A DNA stretch of 61,152 nt, counting the filler, from Basidiobolus ranarum (Eukaryota): assembly GCA_040143965.1 (NCBI GenBank). It is 17 parts of 17 records of this genome, joined end to end, with 100 filler letters (N's around TTAATTAATTAA, not from the genome) between each part and the next. Parts side by side here need not be neighbours in the genome. Positions count along the whole stretch, not along the records: positions 36,081 to 39,580 come from JASJQH010009325.1; positions 39,681 to 43,178 come from JASJQH010009326.1; positions 43,279 to 46,776 come from JASJQH010009327.1; positions 46,877 to 50,373 come from JASJQH010009328.1; 13 more parts are not named here. One strand, written 5' to 3'. How positions within the stretch are numbered: position 1 is the stretch's first letter; each line of letters starts with the position of its first letter. Made by a program: the position numbers and the translations under genes. The notes beneath the pieces are model-generated. The model had not been told where the DNA came from. It made no database searches and saw nothing but the letters and a program-made list of their open reading frames with translations. Below are positions 38,808 to 48,429 of this stretch, in pieces.

Positions 38808-39790
38808 TTTGATAAATATTGCACAGTAATTATTGAGATATTGCAATCACTTGAAACTTTAGAAAACTGTATGTACATACACCTGTATATATAGAGATGT
38901 ACCAAACAGTGCTGAAACTCCTAGTGAGCTTTGTCAGAAAGGCACTTGACTGACAAAGTCAATGAGTAATTGGATAAACTGCACCTCTAAAGAGCCGAAC
39001 CAAACGGCATCAGGAGCTAGGATTATCAAGCAAGGAGATTGTTTGGTTGGAAAAATCGGCAATGTTTATGCTAGTAAAGCCAGTCATGGTTGGTTTAGTC
39101 ACTTTTCTCTCGCTCACGATTGGTTGTACGCGCAGTCATATCATACGCAATTGATTACAAATAGTCACGAACTTTTTCATTTCCAACCGTATCTAATCAC
39201 ATTCCCTTTTCTGACACCGGGTATTCACTCAACTTATCCATATTTTATTTACGTTAAGCATTAACTATTGTCAGTAGTTCAAAGTGACTTTTTCCAAATC
39301 AGTAAGCCATAAGCTTACTAAATAAGCTGTCAAGGTTATTGCTTGCGCTTAAATCTACACAGGAAATTAATATTTATTGACTCCTCTTTCTGGAATAAAG
39401 TACTCCATTATAGCTCGGCCAATGGCCAAGAGGTTCTCACCAACCACAATCATGAATCTCAAAACCTAGCTAGTTCATACATATTTCCGAACACTGATAT
39501 ATAAAGGCTTTAACGATGGCTAGTTCTGGAATCCTTAAATGAATTATTCCAGGAAATAATGACTCTAATTATGAGACTTCNNNNNNNNNNNNNNNNNNNN
39601 NNNNNNNNNNNNNNNNNNNNNNNNTTAATTAATTAANNNNNNNNNNNNNNNNNNNNNNNNNNNNNNNNNNNNNNNNNNNNCTAAGTGATATTTGACTAAA
39701 TAATGTTGACTAACTAATATGTGATGTATGAAATAGTTAGGTGTATAAAGATAGGGATAACATATATGATAAAGACAATAAACTTCAACA

Positions 39791-40775
39791 AGTTCATGGT
39801 TGGTTGTTTAAGATATATCATGAATGGCCAGAGATTGCATATTCTGTGGTAGTTAAATTCCAGTTTCTTCAAAATTATGGATCTAATCAAATCATAGCAG
39901 TTAAGCATATTTTCAAATATTTGAAAGGTACTATGGATCTGTGAATAAACTATACATATGCTGGATGAAACTTTGAACCAAGACAATACTCAGATATAAG
40001 TTGGGGAATGGATATAGAAGACAAAAGAACTACAAAAGGATATATGTTTTATGCCATGATAGAGCTATTTCTTGGAATTCAAAGAAACAACCTGCTGTAG
40101 CACTTTTGACAACATAAGCAGAATACATGACTCTTTGGAAGCAACAAAAGAAGCAATATGGTTAAGAGCACTCTTAACCAATTTGGGAAATTCTCAAATT
40201 TCACCAACTACAATATTCAAGATAGTCCAAGTTGTATCAAATTAACAACATATCTCACATTTCATATTAGAAGAAAAAACTTAGATATTAGAAGTCATTT
40301 ATTAGAGAGACTATAGAGAATAAGTATATTGACTTATGGTACTACCAAAAACATGATTGCTGATATATTGACAAAACCATTAGCTTGACAAAAATTTGAG
40401 AAATTTAGACCTTCTGTACAATTAGCTTATATGACTACTTAGATGAGGGAGAGTATTCAAACTAGCATTGCCTAGACATCTTTATAGTCATATATAGCTA
40501 AGTAACTAGTTATTCCATATAGAACTATGATATAACCTCAAGAGGAATATACTTAGAAGTTCTCACATATATAGATTTTTCAAACTTGTGCTAGAGGACC
40601 CAAACTTTGCACACATGAGCCTGGAACCTTTCTTAGCACATTTTACATATTAGTTTGCTTGTATCTTGAAAAAACTATAAATGTTGACTTTCTACTTAAT
40701 AAATCAATTAGTGGAAACCACCAATCTCTCTAGTTCTCCAAACCACTTTCAACAGGCTCCCAAAAAACTTTAACA
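39791..40775 (+). mobile_element. Copia RT and RNase H remnant with family A LTR (40454-40775)
   Basis: PEIAYSV...AVKHIFKYLKGT, PPT GAGGGAGAG, LTR homology. Confidence 0.85.
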
Positions 40776-41097
40776 GCCCCAACTCCCAAAATACTACTCT
40801 TTGATATAAACAGAGAAATTAATGACTAATGCATCAAGGGTCATTGTTGTAGTGAAAAATCCTGGGTTTTAATGGTACATTTTGACTGATAATTATGATT
40901 AGATATGGATTATTTAATAGATCACATCAAAGAATCTCCAATTCTTACAATAACACTTCACATTTGAAATCTAGATTGGAATAAATAATACTGAAGTACA
41001 AATCCAAAGCGAAGTCAGATATATGTTAGGATACATAAGTATTATTATTTCAGAAATATTCAAGTTGCACTTCAAATTTCCAAAGCTATTCAAATTA

Positions 41098-41848
41098 ATC
41101 GATGGAATGAAGCCTCTTAATGGAAAACGGTTAAATGGCTTGTTTTGGAGAGCTTTGCACATGCTTGACAGTCTGGCACATGCCTTTATATGCTTGAGAG
41201 GGTTGCTTTTGCAGTCATAATAGAATGAGTCTTTTGCAAATCGATAATCTGTCAAATACGAGCCAAAAAGATTATGGATCATATCCAAATCGTTTGAGGA
41301 CAGAATTTTTTTAGATATATCTTCAATATTTCTTGACGAAATAGCCAGCTTGGCCTTCTTTATATGCTCTGTTGTTGTCTCTTTATAGCTGCCGTAATCT
41401 CTTTCTCGTTTCCCCGTTCTTCTTCATTTCACTTTCCAGCGCTTTGATTATTTCATTTTTCCTCAAGAGCAAGTTAGGAAATATTCTAAGTTTGTTTCCG
41501 AATTGAAGGCTAACCCCGTTCAGATAAGCAGTGACAATTTTTGGTTCGTATGAACAGTACTAAAAGCCCTTATCCCAATACTTGAGTATTAGATCTTTGT
41601 AACTCTTGCTTCTGTCGAAGCTTTCTGTTTATCTGGCTTGTAGTTATTGAGGAGTGACAAAAAAACTTCATTAAAAAAGCCAACATTAATGAAATCTTCC
41701 AGAGGAGACGCAGGATTATATATATAAACGTATTTGACACAAGAGTATGAACGTTAACCGCAAGTGACATGAGTAATGGAAAGTATTGTGGTTTCTACCC
41801 AATACCAGCGATTGAGCTTTTGGCTGCTATAATCTTTAGAGGTTCCAT
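41098..41848 (-). pseudogene. Fanzor1-like (eukaryotic TnpB homolog) N-terminal half, frameshifted, no RuvC part seen
   Basis: Joining frames gives MEPLKIIAAKSSIAGIG*KPQYFPLLMSLAVNVHTLVSNTF / LEDFINVGFFNEVFLSLL / SYKDLILKYW...KIVTAYLNGVSLQFGNKLRIF / KKAKLAISSRNIEDI...YRFAKDSFYYDCKSNPLKHIKACARLSSMC...FNRFPLRGFIPS. These resemble blocks I recall from fungal and viral Fanzor1 proteins (FF.EVFLSL; TAYlNni..hFG..LR; siYYD.k..P; FPLr...P). Confidence 0.65.
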
Positions 41849-43278
41849 AAAGAGAAGAGAAAAGGCGAATTGACATCTTTTTTAGTTTACAGGTAAAGAG
41901 TTTGTTAAGCATATACTCTCAAAAAATAAACTAATGAGTTACAGCAATGAATTACACAATTTGTCTACAATTTTTGTATGTTCACTTATCTCATAGTCGT
42001 CTTATTACGTTTGCATAGGTACTGAAGTTCAGCTGGATTTGAAAATTTTGACAGATTCATCGGTGACAAGGTGTAAGAGTGGTGGCTTAGGCACGAGAAT
42101 GAATACTAACATGAGAGTGTGTTGGGTGTATAAACAGGCAAGACTCTCTCTCCAAACTCAAACTCATCCACTTTGAAGAAATAAACATACCATACGTATT
42201 CTATTCCAAACAACAAACCCGATATATCCAGTAATTCCCAGTGCTGGTTAGGCTAAGAGTCAGCCAAAGTTTGCTAAGTTAATGGGTGATTGATTAATAT
42301 ACTGGGCAAAATTTCTTCTTGGTTATGAATGTTACTTTTCGTGTGTAAATGGAGCGTTATACACCTACGCACCCTACTCGCAATATGGTATTCATTGATT
42401 AGAAGGATCGCATTATTGGTGTGCGGCTGACCAGGATGCATAATACTATTCTTGGGTTGTATCTAATGAGTTCTTAACTGGAACTCAACTAATTTGCTTA
42501 ATTGAGGCAAGAGTGCCTAACAGGTTTCGAGTACCCAAAAGAAACTCATGAAAGAAGTCTTCTTCGATTGGCTCAAGTTAGCTACAAAATTGAAGCTAAA
42601 AGTATAACTGCATCGGTCCCACGTTACACCAAAACGAGCGTGGATGGATGGTTATTCCGGTTGTTGCGGTTATTGGGCTTATTGGGCTTATTGCAGCTAC
42701 GCATAAACCATTATAGAGGTAGTGCTGGGACCCGTTGAGCCAAACGCTCCCCTACAAACTCCACATAAAAGGTACGATTGATCCATGCACAATTAGGTCG
42801 GGATTCAACCAAAAGCTTGATACTAATATAGACACAGATATGGTTGAAAAGGGAGAGACCATATCCGGCTTCTTTTTTAGATCACTTAAGCTAAACTAGG
42901 ACATCCAATCTTCTGCTCAGAAGAGTAATGGCGCGTATGGTTTCAGCCTAGACGATGCCAATCGTGAGTGCACCCTGATCACAACTAATCCATGTTCATC
43001 CTCAATGCCGAATGATATGCCGGGAATTCTCCTGAGTCTCTGCAACACTCACGTACTCGCGTCCGTTGACTCGTTGGTTGACGTGGTTTGGAGAGAATCT
43101 TTCGATCACTGTCTGCCCGCACAGAGGCTTGATACCGATCTGAGAAAGATCTCTCGATGCGCCCGATTTGTCGCACGTNNNNNNNNNNNNNNNNNNNNNN
43201 NNNNNNNNNNNNNNNNNNNNNNTTAATTAATTAANNNNNNNNNNNNNNNNNNNNNNNNNNNNNNNNNNNNNNNNNNNN

Positions 43279-43400
43279 TCCTTTGCACCCTGGCAAGTAT
43301 TTATATCTTCCCGAATGAAGCTTCGGTTTGCAAAGGCTTGAGGAGCAACACTGAAATGGAAGAGAATATCAAAAATCAATTCGTGTTTTTGGTTTCATGG
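43279..43400 (+). repeat. Host-type sequence homologous to 27700-27821; flank of the viral-like segment
   Basis: Ungapped alignment, 102 of 122 identical by manual count, same open reading frame. Confidence 0.9.
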
Positions 43401-44367
43401 CGAACACATTATGGACGGCATCGTATTTACCCACAACAAACATTACCACAACAAAATCTACAAATGGAAACATATCGGCACCACCGTCGATCTAGAATGG
43501 AATCCTCTTACCCAAAAATTATCCTGTGGTAACCCACCCCAAGAATTTGACCCAGCAACATCTGGCATCACTAACGTCTTAGACCCCCAACATATCCTTG
43601 ACGTCACAGGTATCTACGAATTTAACATCCTCGAACAACATACCCTGATCTGCTCCAAAAAACGTCCTGACAGAGTTTACGGCAACAACTTAGCCATTGT
43701 CAAAAAAAATATCCAAGACGCCTTAGGCCCTACCCTTTTAGATGGAACACAACAAACTTTCTTCGACCTATGGATCAACATAATCCAAAATATTATGACG
43801 TACACCCCAAACTTTCCCACAGTAAATATCCTACATTTACCAAACTATCCTGACGTTAACACCAAGTACAACATTATTACCCTCTTCCAACTCGATCACG
43901 TCCCAGAACACTTCTCACAACTCCAACCCCTCTTACACCCAATCTCCAAAATTATTGGTATCACAACAAATTTCCCCCATATCCAACAAACCTTAGAAAA
44001 TTACGGCCTCGTCTGCAGATACCAAAGACCCATAGATCTATCCCTCTTCGCCCCAGATACAGAACTTAAACTTCTACAAACTCACACTATCTACGAATTC
44101 TCTAAACCAAACGTCTCCTGGCTTAAATGCAAAGAAACACAACCCCTCCCCGCACATTCTCCTCCCCCTAACATAATCTTCCTCGACACCACACATTCAT
44201 GGGAACCAAAAAAATTATCCAAACCTAAATCTTATTCCAACAAATATATCTTCACCACTCAACACCAAACACAACCTTTCACGATAGACCAACTAAATCT
44301 CTTCCCTCACAATCACCCCCTCGTCCAACAAGCCCTACTTAGACTCAACCATAAATATATTTTTTAA
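43401..44367 (+). CDS. Viral-type mRNA capping enzyme, C-terminal part (guanylyltransferase motifs IV-VI plus reduced methyltransferase-like region), 5'-truncated
   Basis: MDGIVFT (motif IV), IYKWK (motif V), TVDL, IYEF and KRPDRVYGN (motif VI-like OB fold). Downstream KYNIITLFQLDH...LLHPISKIIGITT...LENYGL resembles cap N7-methyltransferase core segments. No introns. Confidence 0.75.
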
Positions 44368-44464
44368 AAACCCTTTTCTTCAACCCTTTTGAATCTATTT
44401 CCCAAATCTATTATTCATACTAACTACACGTATCGCACGCCAATCCCCACCCCGCATACCCATT

Positions 44465-45301
44465 ATGTCCCAAACCATCCTCGGTAAAAAATTTGTTAAA
44501 AAATTACCCCCCATAGACGGACGTGGTATAATTATTCAACACAGCGGGAACCGAATGTATTCCAAATTTGACAACCTAAACGCATTCCAACATTGGTACC
44601 TTAACCTTAAACCAACCCAACGTGTCTTCGCCGAAATTATCGGTACCGGCCCCCAAAAATTTAGATTAGATCTCGACGGTGATATCGTCGACCCCAAACT
44701 CCTTATCCAAGACGTCACAAACTTTTTCGAACTTATGGGCCATGGCACCCCCACCATCCAATTTTACGATATCTCCTCTCCAAACAAACTGTCATATCAT
44801 CTAATAGTCTCCTCCCATTACTTCCTTAATAATATATCTTGCAAAATTTTTGTCGACAGCTTAATGCAATATGCCAAAACTTCCAAATGGACTCTTAACG
44901 CCGACACTGGCGTCTACAAATCTGTCCAAGGTTTCCGACTCGAAGGCAGCACCAAATGGCAACAAAACCGATGGAAATACCTCTTCGGTACCCAACAAAT
45001 TAACAAACGATATTTCTGTGACGGACTTCTGGGCATCGTTAATCCCCAAACTATGCGCCTAATAACTATCCCCCACTCCCAACTCCAAAAACATCTCTCT
45101 TCCCATAAATCCTCCTTGGGCATACCCTCCCACTCCATCCCAACCGGCTTCAAGATTAGACAAACACTAGACAGTGGCCTAATAACATTAGACCGTATTA
45201 AACCAACCTTTTGTGAATTATGCAATAGAACCCATGAACACGAAAATGCATACATGATCGATAACAAATTTATTTGTTTCCGTTTCTCCACTAAAAACTA
45301 A
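44465..45301 (+). CDS. Archaeo-eukaryotic primase (NCLDV/herpes/PrimPol-like) with C-terminal Zn finger, complete 278 aa
   Basis: FAEII, motif I FRLDLD, motif II KLSYHLIV, motif III ADTGVYKSVQGFRLEGSTK, Zn finger FCELCNRTHEHENAY...FICFR. Confidence 0.85.
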   Translation: MSQTILGKKFVKKLPPIDGRGIIIQHSGNRMYSKFDNLNAFQHWYLNLKPTQRVFAEIIGTGPQKFRLDLDGDIVDPKLLIQDVTNFFELMGHGTPTIQFYDISSPNKLSYHLIVSSHYFLNNISCKIFVDSLMQYAKTSKWTLNADTGVYKSVQGFRLEGSTKWQQNRWKYLFGTQQINKRYFCDGLLGIVNPQTMRLITIPHSQLQKHLSSHKSSLGIPSHSIPTGFKIRQTLDSGLITLDRIKPTFCELCNRTHEHENAYMIDNKFICFRFSTKN

Positions 45302-45350
45302 TAGAATCCTTTTTTAAAACACCTCCCCCATCCCCCCATCTTAACATACC

Positions 45351-46776
45351 ATGGAAATTAACCTCTTCTCCGACGAACAAATCCTCAAACTTGCCGACTT
45401 CTGTCTTAACGAACATTGGGATATATACGATTCCAAATTCGGCCCCCGTACCCATGGAGATACATGCACCAAATGCAAAAAACATTGCAGTGGACACTAT
45501 GCATATCTAGACATAGGAAAATATATCTGCCACCCACTGTTCACAAAAGACCTCGAATTAAAACTTAACAACATGTGCATCTCCTGTGGACTTAATATCT
45601 CCAACCCTGATGAAACTAAATGCCCCGAATGCAAAACTAAAATCTCTCGTAACTATTACGTCACAAAAGATGGTACCGTTTTACGCAAACCCACCTCCAA
45701 ATCCTCCAAAGACTCTGGCACCAAAATATCCCTGGACAAAATTCGATCTTCCCTACAAAAAAACTTCGACCGTCACAACAACTCTAACCTCACCAACTAC
45801 ATAATTAGATACATCATCATCCCCCCCATCCAAACTCGATCCCCCGAAGATCCCGAATATATGTCCGATTTCTCAACCAAGTACACCAGACTAGTTAATT
45901 ACACCAAAAATAACGATACCTCTAACATCTACCATACTTACTCCAAAATTGTTGGCACCAAACGAACAGAAGGTATGGGCAAATTCTTCTCCGGAAAAAA
46001 TGGTATCTTTCGCGATATTATGTTAGGCAAACGTACGGAAAGATCTGCCCGTAGCGTTATCACCGGAGATCCCTATCTAGATTACAATACTATCTTCATC
46101 CCCAAATACATCTCTGACAACATTCGTATCCCCATCCGTATTCACAAATACAACATCAAACACTTCTCCAAACAAAAAAATATCTTTTTCCCCAACGGCG
46201 ACTCCCCAATCGATGACCCAGACTTAATTTTTATAAACCAAAATTACGAAAGATTATTATCAGATAACGACGAAGTTATTCTTAACCGCCAACCTTCCCT
46301 AACTAGCACTTCCGTCCTGGGATTTAAAGTTAAAATCCGAAAAGATAACATCAAAACCATCTCTATTAATCCCCTGGTAACCCCATTCTTTAACGCAGAT
46401 TTCGATGGCGACGAGATGAATATTTTTGTTATCCCAAACATAGAACACGAATTTAATATGTTACTTGAAGTCACAAACACCAACCCCCCGTCCCCTATTC
46501 AAGATACTATCACAGGGTCCTATCTTATGACTCTGAATGATGAAGCAATACCTCCCGAAATTTTCATGGATTGCTTCTTATTATCCAAAAAAACAGTCTT
46601 TCCAAAAAATATACGCTTTTCTGGCAAAAACTTATTTCGTCTGGCCATACCAACAAAATGCGATACTACCTTATACAACAGCGAAATTGTCACCAAATCT
46701 GTTTTAAATCATATCCTAAAAAAATTAACTTCCAAACAAGGCGTAGAGTTTGTTTCTAACCTCCAAAAAATCTGCA
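45351..46776 (+). CDS. DNA-directed RNA polymerase largest subunit (RPB1/beta-prime-like), compact viral type, 3'-truncated
   Basis: Zn clamp CTKCKKHCSGHYAYL...HPLF...CISCG...CPEC; GKNGIFRDIMLGKRTERSARSVITGDP; VILNRQPSL; catalytic FNADFDGDEMN; PIQDTITGSYLMT. No introns. Confidence 0.95.
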
Positions 46777-47539
46777 NNNNNNNNNNNNNNNNNNNNNNNN
46801 NNNNNNNNNNNNNNNNNNNNTTAATTAATTAANNNNNNNNNNNNNNNNNNNNNNNNNNNNNNNNNNNNNNNNNNNNTTATAGAGTTCTTCATACCCAAGG
46901 TTCAGCTCATATCCAACATGGGTTTGTATAAATATCACCATTAAAGCCCATCATTGTATTAACATTGCTGAATCAACATCTTCTTGCTATCTGGCAGATA
47001 CCCTGCAATAATGTGCCACTATGTATTAAGTTCTTCCCACATATCTGCACCATCAACACCAGACTGAATGTCAAGTTGAATGTTCTTCTTTAGAAGCCAC
47101 TTTATGCTTACTTGTACTGCATTTTTCCATTCATACATTTGAAAATACTCCTCAAGCACTTTTACAATTTTCATTCATCCTTGTAGGGTGACACTACTGA
47201 GTGTTCTTTGCAGTGTTTGTGTGGCTTTCTGCTTGCCTTTAAGCTTGAGTCTAATTTAATCACTTTGAAAGTACCAGTTGAGGTTGGAGAGCTACGAGTT
47301 TTATTTGCTGATATTTTGGCTTCCTCCAATACCAAAGTTCTCACCATAAAGCTGATGGAATCACCAATATACCTCTATGAAAAATATGGGAAGGAATACC
47401 AGAGGAAAACCAGAGAAAACACAAATATGGAGGTAGTAATACCATAAGATAATTGGAGGAAAAAAAGATTGGTAGAGATACCATAAGATAGTTGTTGCAA
47501 TACCAGCATAATACCATTATAAAACAATAAGAAAATGGT

Positions 47540-48260
47540 ATGAAATGCAAATCTAATTTTTTTTGTTAGGGATACTTGATGGGTATCACTACCAGAATCT
47601 GAAATGTCCAAGTTTCCTTGAGAACATGTATAATCATGCATTTGCATTGGCTCAGGATTGTTTCTTGCTAAACAAATATACCGTTGGAAAGGCTTGCTGG
47701 CCAATAATATTAATCAACTTGAATCTTCCTCCTTCTGAACAGTATAAGAGTCTTAACATTTTGAAACTATCCATCATATCTGGACCTAAATCACCACTTC
47801 TTATAGATAGCTTCTTGAAGCCTTTGATTGTGGAATTTGAATGGTTATATAATGGGGTTCAGATGGGTGAATGTTTTATTAAAGCTAATATCATTGTATG
47901 TATTGGTGATACTGCTGCCATTTAGTAAACTTGGAGGTTTTGACAGGCACACTGTACTATCTTGCTGCAGGTTTTGTCAAATCAATGGAGTCAACTCAAT
48001 CAGGCATATGCATTACTACTATCCAAATACACAACTAACCTTCATGATTTTACCATCTAGAGCCCAGTCAGATTTCAACATGATCACTGATATCAATTCA
48101 CCAAATAGTCAGTCTAACATCAAACTTGGTATTAGCCATAATCCTAAGATTATATTACTAAAGGGGCTCAGCTGGAGCCAAAGCTTCCCATTAGGCACTA
48201 TGTACTTACAATTCAACAACATTCCAATATTACTCACTCAGCTATATACTGGCAAATGCA
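47540..48260 (+). mobile_element. CACTA/EnSpm Tnp2-type transposase remnant
   Basis: ALAQD...WPIILINLNLPPSEQYK...IISGPKSP...DSFLKPLIVE...GDTAAI..LGGF..H...CCRFC: the NLPP / GPk.P / FL.PLv.E / D.pA..k.g / C..C pattern of Tnp2-family transposases. Confidence 0.8.
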
Positions 48261-48429
48261 GTAAGAAAGAGCCAATCAAGATAGGGATAACCACATACAA
48301 CTCCCAATGTTGCCAACTCTTATCAGGCAGTAGTTTTTCAAGATTCAACTTGAATATATATAAATTCAATACTTCCAGTCTTTGCATTTGAAGAAGTGCC
48401 CAGGTCAGTGGATATTGATGGGAGTCCTG

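Noticed and set aside
42300-43178. Transposase partner upstream of the Fanzor remnant
   Set aside because: CpG-rich and possibly a decayed gene, but I recognised no DDE or recombinase motif in the frames I read.
43401-46776. Host nuclear RPB1/RPC1/RPA1 locus, or a yeast pGKL-type linear plasmid
   Set aside because: It is intronless, far too compact and compositionally foreign for a host polymerase gene. pGKL-type plasmids are very AT-rich, encode a fused catalytic polymerase subunit and use protein priming rather than an AEP primase.
41098-46776. Fanzor remnant as part of the viral insertion
   Set aside because: The two are separated by an artificial linker (43179-43278), lie on different contigs and differ in composition.
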